64,000 bases of DNA from Candidatus Poribacteria bacterium (GCA_965208675.1 OZ242351.1:2944001-3008000), one strand, 5' to 3'; counted from the stretch's first letter, positions 30,072 through 40,387 are shown. The notes: generated by a model not told the origin, from the letters alone. Numbers and translations are program-made.

Positions 30072-32138
30072 CTAAGTGGTAATAAATCCCAAAAGCTGAA
30101 CTTGGGTATGCACTATCCGGTTCTGAGATGTACGGAGCGTTTCCCGGTGGGTTTGGTCAAGGTCAACTATCAATATAATACCGTCCGAATGAACACCCAA
30201 GACAAGGCTATCAGATGTTGGTAAAATTGGCGGGGCATCAAGTAAGATGAGTTCGTAGCGTTCGCGAAGTTGTTCAGTGAGGACGTTTAAACGTGGCAGC
30301 CGCAAGAAATCAGTGGGATTTGATGACAACAATCTCGCGGGTAACAGGTCGAGGTTTGGAATATGCGTGCGTTGAATCACGCGGTTCCAATCCATTTCGT
30401 CGTTTTCAAGCGTGTTTATCGGGATGGCATTGAGTTGAATATCGAAAATCCTATGCTGTTTGGGCTGCGGCAAGTTGCAATCAACAACTAAAACCGAGTT
30501 TTTCGTTGATGCCATCGCCGCTCCCAAGTTCGCCGTTACAGCCGAAACATCTTCGCAGAAATCACAGCTCGTCAGCATGAGAATCTGTTTATCAATTTCA
30601 GGATTGGTGAGATTCAAATTTGCCGCAATGGTTCGGTAGCAATCAGAAATAGTTTCAGAAAATGGATTCTGTTCTTGGGGTTCAGCATCACCTAAGTGAA
30701 ATATGCCGAGATCGGACTGAATCTCTTCAGGGCGTCGGTAGTTGTCACTGAAATATTCTCTCAACAGGGTAATTGAAATACCAACAGCACAGCCAATTCC
30801 TCCAGCGATGATAACAATGAAACCTATGCGGGGACGAACCGGAATTTTTCGAGGAACTGCTGCATCAACGACTTCAATTCCTCCCTTAACCCGATCGTCC
30901 AAGTTAGCAGATTCGGCTTCCGCCACCAGAATTTCTGATTCCAGATGCTGTTTGGTTATCTCCTTTTTCAATTCATACAGCGCATTAATCTCGGTTTTCA
31001 TTGTTGAAAGATTAAATTCGTTTTCAGGAATTTCATCTACCAGTTGTGAAAACTCTAGGTTTACCTTGTCTAATTGCAAATTAATCTGATTCAGATTATG
31101 GTCGGCTTGCCGTAGACTCGTCTCAAGACCCATTATCTCGGTTCGCAAACTGATATACTGCGGTACTTTTCCATAGTTTTCAGATGTCTTTTTCAAGTCT
31201 GTTTCAAAGTTGTTTAATTTATCTTGAAGATCTCGAATTTCTGCATCCGTCGCCCGAAGTTCCGAAGATTTTTCGCCCACCAGTTCACGACGCCCAATTC
31301 GATATTGTTGTAAAGACATTAATCTTTCATGAAAATTTCGCCAGATTGGGTCGTTCCTAATAATTTCTGAAGTTCTGATTTCTTCAGGATAATCAGAAAT
31401 CTCTTTTTCAAGCCGATCAAATTCTAACTGTGTTACCCTCCTCGTGCGCTCAAGTTGAGCCTCTTGATCGAGCAATCTGACCTGCCGGTCAAGCACGCTA
31501 GTAAGTTGAGCGTTCCACGTTACTCGACTACCCATTTTGTTGATGAATTCAACCGTCTCATCTTCTTTTCCCTTAATTTTTTCAGAAAGATTCGCAATCT
31601 CATCTTTTAGAAGTTTCCGGCGGTTCCTGGCTTTGCTTGTTTCATCGCCCCTGCGCAAGCCCTGATACTCGCGAATCAATTGGTTTACTAACAACGCGGA
31701 ATTACGTTCGCCTCCTTCCGCTTCCGTTAAATCTAGCGAAAGTTCAATGTATTGCGTATCTGGACGTTTCCTCGCTTTTAAATTCCGCTGCAAATGTCCA
31801 ATTGCAGGAAGATAGATCGCCCCTTTGATGCCGGCAGTTTCTAAGCTTTGAATAGCCGAAGTTAACATGGATTCTGTAGCAAAACGTTGACCGATTGTTT
31901 CCATTTCACCGAGGTCAACGCCGCCGGGCAGAACACTTTGAAAAACACCAGAGGAGGGGATAGGGGAGCTGGACGTTGGTTGGATATGGATTAGCGCGGT
32001 AGTTGAATAAGTCTTTGGTAACCACAAGCTGACGACTAGTGCAGTTCCCAAAATGAGCAAAATACTCAAGCATATTATGAAATCATGCTTTCGTAAAATT
32101 GTGAGATAATCACGTAAATGTACCTCTTGCTGAGGCAT
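30072..32138 (-). CDS. Wzc/GumC-like polysaccharide co-polymerase with degenerate BY-kinase domain
   Basis: EVHLRDYL..L N-terminal TM, coiled coil, VVDAAVP..PVRP second TM, VLVVDCNL and ILLDAPP; Walker A replaced by SCDFCEDVS. Confidence 0.85.
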   Translation of the reverse strand: MPQQEVHLRDYLTILRKHDFIICLSILLILGTALVVSLWLPKTYSTTALIHIQPTSSSPIPSSGVFQSVLPGGVDLGEMETIGQRFATESMLTSAIQSLETAGIKGAIYLPAIGHLQRNLKARKRPDTQYIELSLDLTEAEGGERNSALLVNQLIREYQGLRRGDETSKARNRRKLLKDEIANLSEKIKGKEDETVEFINKMGSRVTWNAQLTSVLDRQVRLLDQEAQLERTRRVTQLEFDRLEKEISDYPEEIRTSEIIRNDPIWRNFHERLMSLQQYRIGRRELVGEKSSELRATDAEIRDLQDKLNNFETDLKKTSENYGKVPQYISLRTEIMGLETSLRQADHNLNQINLQLDKVNLEFSQLVDEIPENEFNLSTMKTEINALYELKKEITKQHLESEILVAEAESANLDDRVKGGIEVVDAAVPRKIPVRPRIGFIVIIAGGIGCAVGISITLLREYFSDNYRRPEEIQSDLGIFHLGDAEPQEQNPFSETISDCYRTIAANLNLTNPEIDKQILMLTSCDFCEDVSAVTANLGAAMASTKNSVLVVDCNLPQPKQHRIFDIQLNAIPINTLENDEMDWNRVIQRTHIPNLDLLPARLLSSNPTDFLRLPRLNVLTEQLRERYELILLDAPPILPTSDSLVLGVHSDGIILIVDLDQTHRETLRTSQNRIVHTQVQLLGFITT

Positions 32139-32440
32139 TGAAAGTGCACTTTCTTATTCTCAAATGCGACCAAAATTGGCGGTACGAATTGAGTTAGAAA
32201 CTTGGCACGCTGTTAAGTCAATAGGAACTGTAATGACACAAACGCACCATCGCTAACCAAACTAAAGACTCGCATCTATCAAATTAAGGCGTTTCTTTAA
32301 GTTAGTTAAGCCTTCCAATAGTGCGCTGCCCCATACGATTAACGGCGGATTTGAAACTTCCAATCACCGGGATTGGAAGACATTGCTTGATACGCCTGAA
32401 TTGTATGTTGATGAGAAAATCTTTACGGTTTTCAGCTAGC

Positions 32441-33007
32441 TTAATTAAGGTTGTTGGCTAGCTTAATTTCTTCTTCGCTAAACGCTTCATCATGCCACTC
32501 TTCAATCCGCCACACGCCGCCTCTTGACTCAAAGATGAACCGATTATTTCCTTCCGCAAACCAGCCTGTAAATCCTCCATCTAAAGATTCACCACTGGCA
32601 ACAAACCCTTGGATTCTATAGTGATTATTGACTTCCGCTCTTGTGTTTTCCTCATTCAAAAAGTCAATTTCAGGAGGTTCAGATAGCTCAATTTCGATAT
32701 CTTGGAACCGCGTAAAGACGCGAATTGCAGATTCTCTCTCATCATCCCAATTATCGAATATGACATCATCGGTGGTGTCGTCATCTGTTCCCATGTCCGA
32801 TACGTAAAGGAATCCGTCCTTCCAATACACGTTCATATACAGTTCGACATCTTCGTTCTCATAGCCTTCCCGCCACTGCTTCAAAACTTTATTTATCGCT
32901 GCATATTCCTCAGGTTGGACCTGACCGATTTCTTCAACATCTCCGCAACTAAAAATTAACGCAAAAACTATCAATGAACAACCTGCTCTGGCAAAGCCCT
33001 TTAACAT
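32441..33007 (-). CDS. NTF2/SnoaL-like lipoprotein
   Basis: Lipobox IFSC; W..GYENEDVELY..VY and C-terminal GGVWRIEEW. Confidence 0.6.
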   Translation of the reverse strand: MLKGFARAGCSLIVFALIFSCGDVEEIGQVQPEEYAAINKVLKQWREGYENEDVELYMNVYWKDGFLYVSDMGTDDDTTDDVIFDNWDDERESAIRVFTRFQDIEIELSEPPEIDFLNEENTRAEVNNHYRIQGFVASGESLDGGFTGWFAEGNNRFIFESRGGVWRIEEWHDEAFSEEEIKLANNLN

Positions 33008-33051
33008 GACTAAAAACACCTCCATAAAGTTAGGGCTACCTTACTTAACCT

Positions 33052-33606
33052 TTAGAAAATTTTGACAATTCCAATATGAAGTTGGGTTGGCATAACCCCG
33101 AATTGCACTCCTAAATCTTCAATATGTTTGACGTCATCAATAAGCGAATTAGCTTTTGTCTTTGCATTATAAAGGTTGGCGCCAACATAGGAATCTATAA
33201 TGCTGTATGCCCAAACACCAGCTGCTGCCATTAGGAAAAACTGCCGTAGCTTGAATCGCTGATTTGCAAGGTTATAGTATGACAAAGCCTCTGGAGAATC
33301 TCTCTTTTTCTCGGCAGCCGGCACATACTCGTTATCATAGATGTCTTGAAAGGATTTGTGAGCCAACAGACTGCCGACAAGAAGACCCCCAGTCCCGACT
33401 ATAGACACGCTGCCTTGCAGGTAACCTTGTGTGTAGAACTGTCCCCACCCCGGCATAACAACAGAGCGGGCGACCGCAGCAATTGGCGAGACTAGATGAA
33501 CATCTGCTTCCTCTGCGAAGCCTGCCTGTCCTCCCCAAAATATCGTACAAAGGCACACCAACAGTTGAATTAAAAGCAGATGTAATTTGGTAGATTGCCG
33601 ATTCAT
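33052..33606 (-). CDS. DUF5683-like membrane protein
   Basis: SP..A..RSVVMPGWGQFY and YSIIDSY motifs. Confidence 0.65.
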   Translation of the reverse strand: MNRQSTKLHLLLIQLLVCLCTIFWGGQAGFAEEADVHLVSPIAAVARSVVMPGWGQFYTQGYLQGSVSIVGTGGLLVGSLLAHKSFQDIYDNEYVPAAEKKRDSPEALSYYNLANQRFKLRQFFLMAAAGVWAYSIIDSYVGANLYNAKTKANSLIDDVKHIEDLGVQFGVMPTQLHIGIVKIF

Positions 33607-33776
33607 AGCTTTTACCGATCTAAGGCAATAGCGAAAATGTAAAGAACGCCTTAAATTTTGAAAGCACCGAAAATAATAGCAAAAGTCGAAACGCTTGTCA
33701 ACGAAAAACGTTGTCAAAAAGAAAAAAGCAGCCAAAGCATGAATCACCTTGGCTGCTTATTTGTGGCATGTTGTAC

Positions 33777-35282
33777 TTATCTTCTTCGACTATTACGTTT
33801 TGTTCTCGATGTATTTCGACTTCGCTCGCTTTGGCGGGTACTCTGCCCGTCATCATCGTCCTTGTTCCTAGTTGTCGTACGTGAAGGAGATTGTCGAGTG
33901 GATGACGCCCGAGAACGGGATGTCGCGGACGGGATTGGTTTTGAGCGCGATGTCGTCCGAGATGGCGCAGGTCTATACCGTGCCGCAGGAGTGCTCGACG
34001 AACTTCTCGAAATTCGAGAACGAGAATATAGACGACTCCGGCGTTCATTGTTAGATCGCCTGTTGTCCTGTTGACTCTGGTATTGTTGATTCGTTGGACG
34101 GTAACGCGATCTGGATGAAACCTGAGATGGTCTCGAGTATTGGCTCCGCCGCCTTGTCGTAGGATTAAACTCCGTGTTCCTTTTGAATGACTGGCGTTTG
34201 CCCGCAGACATGGAACGCTGCGCCGGCCCCGCAGCAACCGATTCCTGATGGTGTTTTGCTATAACGCCCCGCACACGTTTCTGCACATCCGAGTTTCGCT
34301 TGCCGCTCACCGTCCTTGATAGCCGACTCCTGTTATATTGGTGACGCACAGTCTCATGTTCTTCACTCCACCGGTTAAAGCCGCGTCGATGCGTTTTCAC
34401 ACGGTTTTTAGTGTGCACGTGCACATGTGTACGATTGGAATACGATCGATAATAATACCGTGGGTAGTGCGTGTAATATCGGTGGAGATAGTTGCCGAAG
34501 TCGTATCGAATGGAAAGATAACGCCGATCGTAAAACGGATAACTCCATCGAATATAGTAATCTAGGTCCGTACAATAGTAAAACGGACCGTCGTAAAAGT
34601 AGTGGTAGGTATATCTATGCCAAGGGCGCCAGTCGTAACTTCGAGCGTAGCGGTGAACAACGCGAAAATCAGGCCGGCGTTTATACGTCAAAACGTCGAT
34701 ATGTTCAACATCAAGTTGTTCGCCGTCTTCAACAACGATGTGCATTTCCAGTTCACCGTCAGCAACATGGCCGGCAGCAGCAATTTTAATCGTTTCTGAG
34801 CGCCGTTTCGCTCGTAAGAAAAATGTATCACCATATCTAGTCTCAGCCGCATGTTTATCGTCGTAATGGCGACTAGCGTATTCCCGTTTGGTGTTGCGAA
34901 CCCAAACGCGCCCCACAACTTTTTCTTGGCCTTCAAGTTCAGCGTCGCGCGGTTCCCCTCGGTACCGAACTAGAATTTCAACATACTGTGCCTGCCGCGG
35001 AATTTCAAAGAAATAAACTGCGCTTGCAATCGCAAATTCGTGGTCGCCTTGTTCGTTAAACTCGCCGCCCCAAGCCGTTAAACGGATGCCGTCTTCAAAA
35101 CGCGGACTCGCAGTCACAGTTGCATTACCGCGCTCAATCCAATCATCAGCATCACCAGCCTCTCGATGTTCTCGACCCAGCAAATCTGATAAATATTCGT
35201 ATTCATAATCTGCTTGAGCAAAAGCTGTAGACAATACCCCTAAAATTATGAGTAGTATAGAGATATTGATTCGGGATTTCAT
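33777..35282 (-). CDS. Secreted protein with Tyr-rich middle and Arg/Ser-rich disordered tail
   Basis: GGAGG RBS; signal peptide ending AFA-Q; low-complexity C-terminal ~170 aa. Confidence 0.65.
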   Translation of the reverse strand: MKSRINISILLIILGVLSTAFAQADYEYEYLSDLLGREHREAGDADDWIERGNATVTASPRFEDGIRLTAWGGEFNEQGDHEFAIASAVYFFEIPRQAQYVEILVRYRGEPRDAELEGQEKVVGRVWVRNTKREYASRHYDDKHAAETRYGDTFFLRAKRRSETIKIAAAGHVADGELEMHIVVEDGEQLDVEHIDVLTYKRRPDFRVVHRYARSYDWRPWHRYTYHYFYDGPFYYCTDLDYYIRWSYPFYDRRYLSIRYDFGNYLHRYYTHYPRYYYRSYSNRTHVHVHTKNRVKTHRRGFNRWSEEHETVRHQYNRSRLSRTVSGKRNSDVQKRVRGVIAKHHQESVAAGPAQRSMSAGKRQSFKRNTEFNPTTRRRSQYSRPSQVSSRSRYRPTNQQYQSQQDNRRSNNERRSRLYSRSRISRSSSSTPAARYRPAPSRTTSRSKPIPSATSRSRASSTRQSPSRTTTRNKDDDDGQSTRQSERSRNTSRTKRNSRRR

Positions 35283-35409
35283 GACAAATCCTCCGTAAAT
35301 TCGTTTCATTCTGAAGTAGTGTAACAGCATGCCGACCCTCCTTAATTCGGGTACCTTCTCATGCTGTATGAAAAATTATCCTCATTCGCTCGTAGTATGA
35401 ATAAGTCTA

Positions 35410-35425
35410 GCAAAATAGATGCCAA
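35410..35425 (-). promoter_or_regulatory. sigma54 -24/-12 promoter
   Basis: TTGGCATCTATTTTGC (GG-N10-GC) ~130 nt upstream of the 35282 start; tandem upstream repeats at 35487 and 35508. Confidence 0.6.
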
Positions 35426-35546
35426 GTAAATTTCGCCTCTAGAATCAAGACTGAGCCGAAGTTGAATTAGCCGCCGTTGTAGAAAGTGTGGCAACAGTGA
35501 TACAACCTGTGGCGAAAGTAATACCTACTTCCAGCCAATATCTTAA

Positions 35547-36434
35547 GAGCCTGTTTGAAAAGTCATTTGATTCGATTTTGCATTAAGTAAATGGAAGCGA
35601 TGTACACCATAGTCTCAGCAGTCCTAAGGATAGCGTTCATAATCCAAAGTCAATCGACGAAACCAACCAAGCCAAGAAAATGTGCGCTCAACAATCCATC
35701 GTAACGGGATAACTTCAAACTTCTCCCGTCCTAGCGTAGATGCAATCTCCAGTTGACATTGATGAGCAAAATATAACCAGTCTTCCAATTCTCCACGATA
35801 GGCGGCATCGGCACACACCAACTGAATGGTTATGTACCAGCTAAACACTTCTGTTAGTAACTCGATAGCAATCTGATTATCACTGACATTCGCGTCAGTG
35901 ACTTTGACCATCAATGGAATACCCGTCGTATCCGTTACTAGATGTCGTTTGCGTCCTTTGACCTTCTTGTGACCATCAAAACCGCGAGTCGTCGCCAGTT
36001 CAGTTGTCTTAATGGATTGGCTGTCAATGATAGCTGCTGTCGGTGATGGTTCTTTGCCACCATCACAGCGTGATTGTTCGTGAAGTGCCTGATGAATCAA
36101 GAGCCATGTATTGTCGGCTTCCCACTTCCTAAAATGGTAATAGACGGTTTGCCACGGTGGCATATCGTATGGTAGCATTCGCCACTGGCAACCGGACTTG
36201 ACGACATAAAAGATGGCATGGACAATTAAGTACATCTCCCATTTTAGAGGTCTACCTAATGGTTGAGGGGTTGGCAGAAACGCTGACAGTTTCTGCCATT
36301 GTACATCGGTCAAATCACTAGGATAACGTTTTCGGTTCATGTTTACTCCCTTCATTGGTTCGGAATCAACTGCTCCAGTGAGTAAACGTAAACATCAACC
36401 GTTCAGACATCTTTTTTCTTTTTCAAACAGGCTC
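35547..36434 (-). mobile_element. IS5-family (IS1031-like) insertion sequence, 888 bp
   Basis: Terminal inverted repeats GAGCCTGTTTGAAAA / TTTTCAAACAGGCTC; TAA target-site duplication at 35544-46 and 36435-37. Confidence 0.92.
35563..36355 (-). pseudogene. IS5-family transposase with a +1 frameshift near the C-terminus
   Basis: YPSDLTD.QW, IIDSQS, DGHKKVKGRKRH, ADAAY and RWIVERTFSW motifs; stops at YP*, while the conserved tail TAETMVYIASIYLMQNRIK continues in another frame to 35563. Confidence 0.85.
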
Positions 36435-37207
36435 TAAATCACTTTAGATTTATCTATCAATCGGATGCCTCTTTCAGCCGCCAAATCACGCGCTAGTGGT
36501 GTGATTACGACAGGATTGGTATAGACAAACTCTTGAACTGAAGGTGCGAGGTTCGCAATAATTGAACTGCTAATCACTGTTTTTGCCCCCTTTCCATCGA
36601 CAGGGCAAAGGCTCAAGGAACCGCCGCTTAGTAGTGTTTCAGCTAGCTGCTCAATTGGCGCGAACTGAATACCAAAATTTGACAGCGTTTTGACGTAATT
36701 CCGCTCCAATATTGAATTTTGGGATGTCGTTTCTGTTTCGTCAAATCCTTCGATGAAATCAGAGGCCGCGATAACGCTATCGCCGCGACGCAGCGCTTGA
36801 AAAATTAGATAAGTACATGGTGTATCCGCGATTCCCAACGCAAGCTTCGCTGCCATCGGATGAGATAAAATCGGAACGGCAATTTTATTCTGTCTCTCGG
36901 CAAAATCGGCCAAGTCCGTGATGTCCTCGCAAGTGAGAACTTTTTCCTCGCCGCATACCGACTGAATTGCTTCCTTGTCCAAAAGTCTAGCAGCCAGATC
37001 GGACAATATTGCCGTTGTATCGTAACCACCTTTCATGCACGCTTCAAGTTGGTTCAGTATCGGTGCGAGATTGACTTGCGCTGCGTCAAAAATTGCTAGC
37101 AGTCGTTTATCAGGGACAGCCGGCGAAGCGGAAATCGCCCGCTGCTCCAGCACCGCCTTGACCTCTTCTTCTATTATTCGTCTATCAGGCTCCTCCCTGG
37201 CCTCCAC
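36434..37207 (-). CDS. BMC-associated flavoprotein-like protein
   Basis: AAKLALGIADT flavoprotein motif; N-terminal encapsulation-peptide-like helix; C-terminal VITPLARDLAAERGI. Confidence 0.7.
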   Translation of the reverse strand: MEAREEPDRRIIEEEVKAVLEQRAISASPAVPDKRLLAIFDAAQVNLAPILNQLEACMKGGYDTTAILSDLAARLLDKEAIQSVCGEEKVLTCEDITDLADFAERQNKIAVPILSHPMAAKLALGIADTPCTYLIFQALRRGDSVIAASDFIEGFDETETTSQNSILERNYVKTLSNFGIQFAPIEQLAETLLSGGSLSLCPVDGKGAKTVISSSIIANLAPSVQEFVYTNPVVITPLARDLAAERGIRLIDKSKVI

Positions 37208-37218
37208 TGATACAACTC

Positions 37219-37926
37219 CTAATCGCGCGACAACTCTATGGCTTCACCGCCGCGTAAACCCGCAGAATTGGCATCGTCAGTATCCAAGTGCATCTGAAGC
37301 ACATAACTCGGCGAGATTTTGGGACGAATGTTTTCGAAAGTCAAAGCACGATTACCGTGGATATGAACTTTAAGCGAATCATCTTCACATACGCCAAGAC
37401 GTTTCGCGTCCTCCGGCGTCATATGAATATGACGTGTCGCGCAAATCGCCCCTTGCTCCAAAAAAATCGAACCGTTCGGACCGATTAAGGTTATCGGTTC
37501 GGAATTTTCAATATCTCCTGAATCACGTATCGGCGGGTCAAGCCCTAAACGAATTGCATCAGTGCGTGCCAGCTCAACTTGTGTATAGCCCCTCACCGGG
37601 CCCAGGATGCGAATCCCTTCAATAGCGCGGATCCGCCGACCAACAATGGTCACTGTTTCGGCGGCCGCAAATGCCCCCGGCTGAAATAAAGGAGCATGGG
37701 CTACCAGTTGGTGACCTGCACCGTAAAGGATTTCCAAGTGCTCCTGCGTAACATGCGCGTGTCTGGCCGAAACCCCAACAGGTATCTTGTTCCGTTTTAA
37801 GACAGCGTCGCACGCACGATCCCCGACCGCACAAGTTCGCAAAACACAACCGCTGCAAGGATGCTCGGTTTGTAGTTGTTCAAGCACTTTATGAGTAATC
37901 AACTCAATCAGCGCCTCGTCACGCAT
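37219..37926 (-). CDS. pduL: Phosphate propanoyltransferase PduL
   Basis: PVGVSARHAH, QPGAFAA, ILGPVR, QVELARTD, RHIHM and MHLDTDDANSA motifs. Confidence 0.93.
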   Translation of the reverse strand: MRDEALIELITHKVLEQLQTEHPCSGCVLRTCAVGDRACDAVLKRNKIPVGVSARHAHVTQEHLEILYGAGHQLVAHAPLFQPGAFAAAETVTIVGRRIRAIEGIRILGPVRGYTQVELARTDAIRLGLDPPIRDSGDIENSEPITLIGPNGSIFLEQGAICATRHIHMTPEDAKRLGVCEDDSLKVHIHGNRALTFENIRPKISPSYVLQMHLDTDDANSAGLRGGEAIELSRD

Positions 37927-37938
37927 CCGCCGTCTTCC

Positions 37939-38268
37939 TTAACTTGACGAATCTCCTTCAACTAAATCAATAGCCAGTGCATTGTCTGATGCTTCCTGTG
38001 ACGGTAAAATCAATTCCACTTCAGCATGCGGCCTCGGAATGACATGGACAGAAACTACTTCTCCCACCCTTGCCGCCGCCTCTGCTCCAACATCTGTCGC
38101 AGCTTTGACCGCCCCGACATCGCCGCGAACCATGACAGTAACGTAGCCCCCACCTATCGATTCGCGCCCAATGAGTTTAACATTTGCGGCTTTGACCATC
38201 GCATCCGCGGCCTCAACACTTCCGACAAAACCTCTTGTTTCAACTAACCCTAAAGCGTCGCCTGCCAT
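37939..38268 (-). CDS. Bacterial microcompartment hexameric shell protein (BMC-H)
   Basis: ALGLVETRG...[12 protein letters not shown]...GDVGAVKAA...HVIPRPH motif. Confidence 0.95.
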   Translation of the reverse strand: MAGDALGLVETRGFVGSVEAADAMVKAANVKLIGRESIGGGYVTVMVRGDVGAVKAATDVGAEAAARVGEVVSVHVIPRPHAEVELILPSQEASDNALAIDLVEGDSSS

Positions 38269-38586
38269 CTGGTAAAGCACCCTCCTAGTTTCGTTATTAT
38301 TGGAATATTAGCAGTATATCACAATGTCTAACCCGATTCAAGCCTTTCTAACTTAAGCTCACGGCTGCATATAATGAATTGTTGCTAACACCCAGTCGTC
38401 TCTTATGCCTAATTTCAAATCAAAGTTAATTATTCGACAACTTGCCAAAATCTCAAATGTCTCACTTTTTTAATCTGAAACCGAGTTTTTTTCTTGAAAA
38501 CGCGGTTTCTTTCACCGATCAAAATAGGGTTGCAAAAGCCGTCTGTTATTCACAACCCAAGAAACGATTACAAGCGGCGGCCGGAT

Positions 38587-39444
38587 TTAGTTGTATTTAA
38601 TCGCAGCCCACGTGGTAGCGAGCTTATCCTTCGGTTTGACAGCTAGCGCCTCCGAATCGAGCCTTGAGAGTTTCTCGATTTCCACTACAGAAAGTGCACG
38701 GCCGAAGATTACCACATCATCTATGATACCGTCGATGTACTCCCAGTTGTTAACATCATCGCCGCGCCCCCGCGACGCGCCGACAAGAATCGGAAAACCC
38801 GGAAAGGTCGCGTAGGGCGCCGTCAGCGCCATCGGGTCCCGTCCGGCCGCCCCATGAAATCCGTCAGTGACATGCGCGGGTTTGCCGTTAAGAAACCCCT
38901 GGATGGTTTCTCCGTTCCCAACTTGCGCCATATGAATCCAAGTATCAAGCTTGTATGCGCCGCGAACATTAAACCACCCTTCCGGATTAGCAGCGCCTCG
39001 TTCCGGCTTATTATCCACCGCACCCTTCACATTATTTGAACCGTACGTCAGGTCGGTGTCGTTGAGTGTACCCATCCGAATATGGAAGTTTGGTCCCCAA
39101 CCGATTTTCTCGCCCTTGAAAATTATCGCGCCGTGATCGCTCGACTTCCGAATGAACGCCCACGCAGCGTGTGTGAATTCATCAGCCATCGCATCCATCG
39201 ATTTGTCATCGGGTATCTCTACGTAGGCATCCACTCCGTTGACATCAAGACCGAGTCCGTGCTTACCCGGTGCAAATCTTGCGCCGCCTCTTAAGATACC
39301 GTCATTGCGGCCAGTTATATCGTCTGCGGTTTCATCGTTAAACGTCAAAACGGTAATAACACCATCTCTCAACGCCCCCAATGCGGCACTCGCAATGGCG
39401 CACAGCGCAACAACCACGACGAAGTAGCGGCAATACCGTAGCAT
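38587..39444 (-). CDS. Secreted LamG-like jellyroll protein with Poribacteria-type C-terminal tail
   Basis: Signal peptide; YVEIPD, WIHMAQV and DGIIDDVVIFGRALS motifs; tail AVKPKDKLATTWAAIK. Confidence 0.85.
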   Translation of the reverse strand: MLRYCRYFVVVVALCAIASAALGALRDGVITVLTFNDETADDITGRNDGILRGGARFAPGKHGLGLDVNGVDAYVEIPDDKSMDAMADEFTHAAWAFIRKSSDHGAIIFKGEKIGWGPNFHIRMGTLNDTDLTYGSNNVKGAVDNKPERGAANPEGWFNVRGAYKLDTWIHMAQVGNGETIQGFLNGKPAHVTDGFHGAAGRDPMALTAPYATFPGFPILVGASRGRGDDVNNWEYIDGIIDDVVIFGRALSVVEIEKLSRLDSEALAVKPKDKLATTWAAIKYN

Positions 39445-39699
39445 AGAAAACCTCCTTATCGGAATCATGCATTTCTAATTAAATTCTTCGCGAAAGATAA
39501 AAATTATAACGTAAGATTAACAGGGCGAATGTCCGATCTTCATACGCGCCAATTCCATAAATTTGGAAAACGTACGTTCAAGATCGAAATTATATCATTT
39601 CCCGCTCGCTTACATCCACCATAATCTTGCAGAGTATTACGCAATTAAACCGAGCCGGATTCGCAGTATTTACCAAGAGAGTCGCGCCAATTATTCCAC

Positions 39700-39975
39700 A
39701 CCAATCCGGTTAACTCAATAATACATCTCCTTCCTTAACAAGGAGGAGTTAGGGGAGGTTGTAGATTGCGTTGTACCATCAACTGAACAATTTCGGACTA
39801 AATGGTGTAATTTTAATTGCAGCTACTATAGTGTTCACAAGACTGCGACGCCGCATTATCGGAGGATTTTCTTTTTATATCCCCCTCCTTACCAAGCCGG
39901 TTCATTCAATTTACATCCCCCTCCTTACCAAGGAGGGGTAAGGGGAGGTTCTAGGTTACGTTGAAACATCAACTC
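39700..39975. repeat. Two imperfect ~85-bp direct repeats with a CCCTCCTT..AAGGAGGG palindromic core
   Basis: Copies at ~39700-39785 and ~39891-39975; partial third core at 39879-39896. Confidence 0.7.
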
Positions 39976-40387
39976 AGCGATTAACGGCGGGATAGTTTTG
40001 GGGCTGACACCCCATATTGATTGAATGAAAGGCGATGCTCAATTTTTATTGGCAGCGACTTTAACTTTTTTCATCGCCGTAAGCCCTTGGTTGTTTTAAT
40101 CCGCAGCTTCATTCCACTAACTCCAATGTCGAGACCATGCCGCCCGTCCTTAACCCGATGGATTGGCTGAGGCAAGCTATGCTGGCGGAAATATCACTCT
40201 CATTGGAATATAGTCAATAGAAATCTTTCCAAAATAATTCCGCCGCCCGATAGCCCCAGACGGGATCTTCGATCGTCAAATCGAAGATAGTTTTTTCAGA
40301 CAAATAGAAATCACTGTTACACATCAACATCTAGCCCCAGAGGGGCGGCAGGTGTAAAACGACTACCCTCACATTGGGCTAATACGC

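Noticed and set aside
32202-32217. TTGGCACG sigma54 -24-like element
   Set aside because: No GC at -12 and no plus-strand gene downstream.
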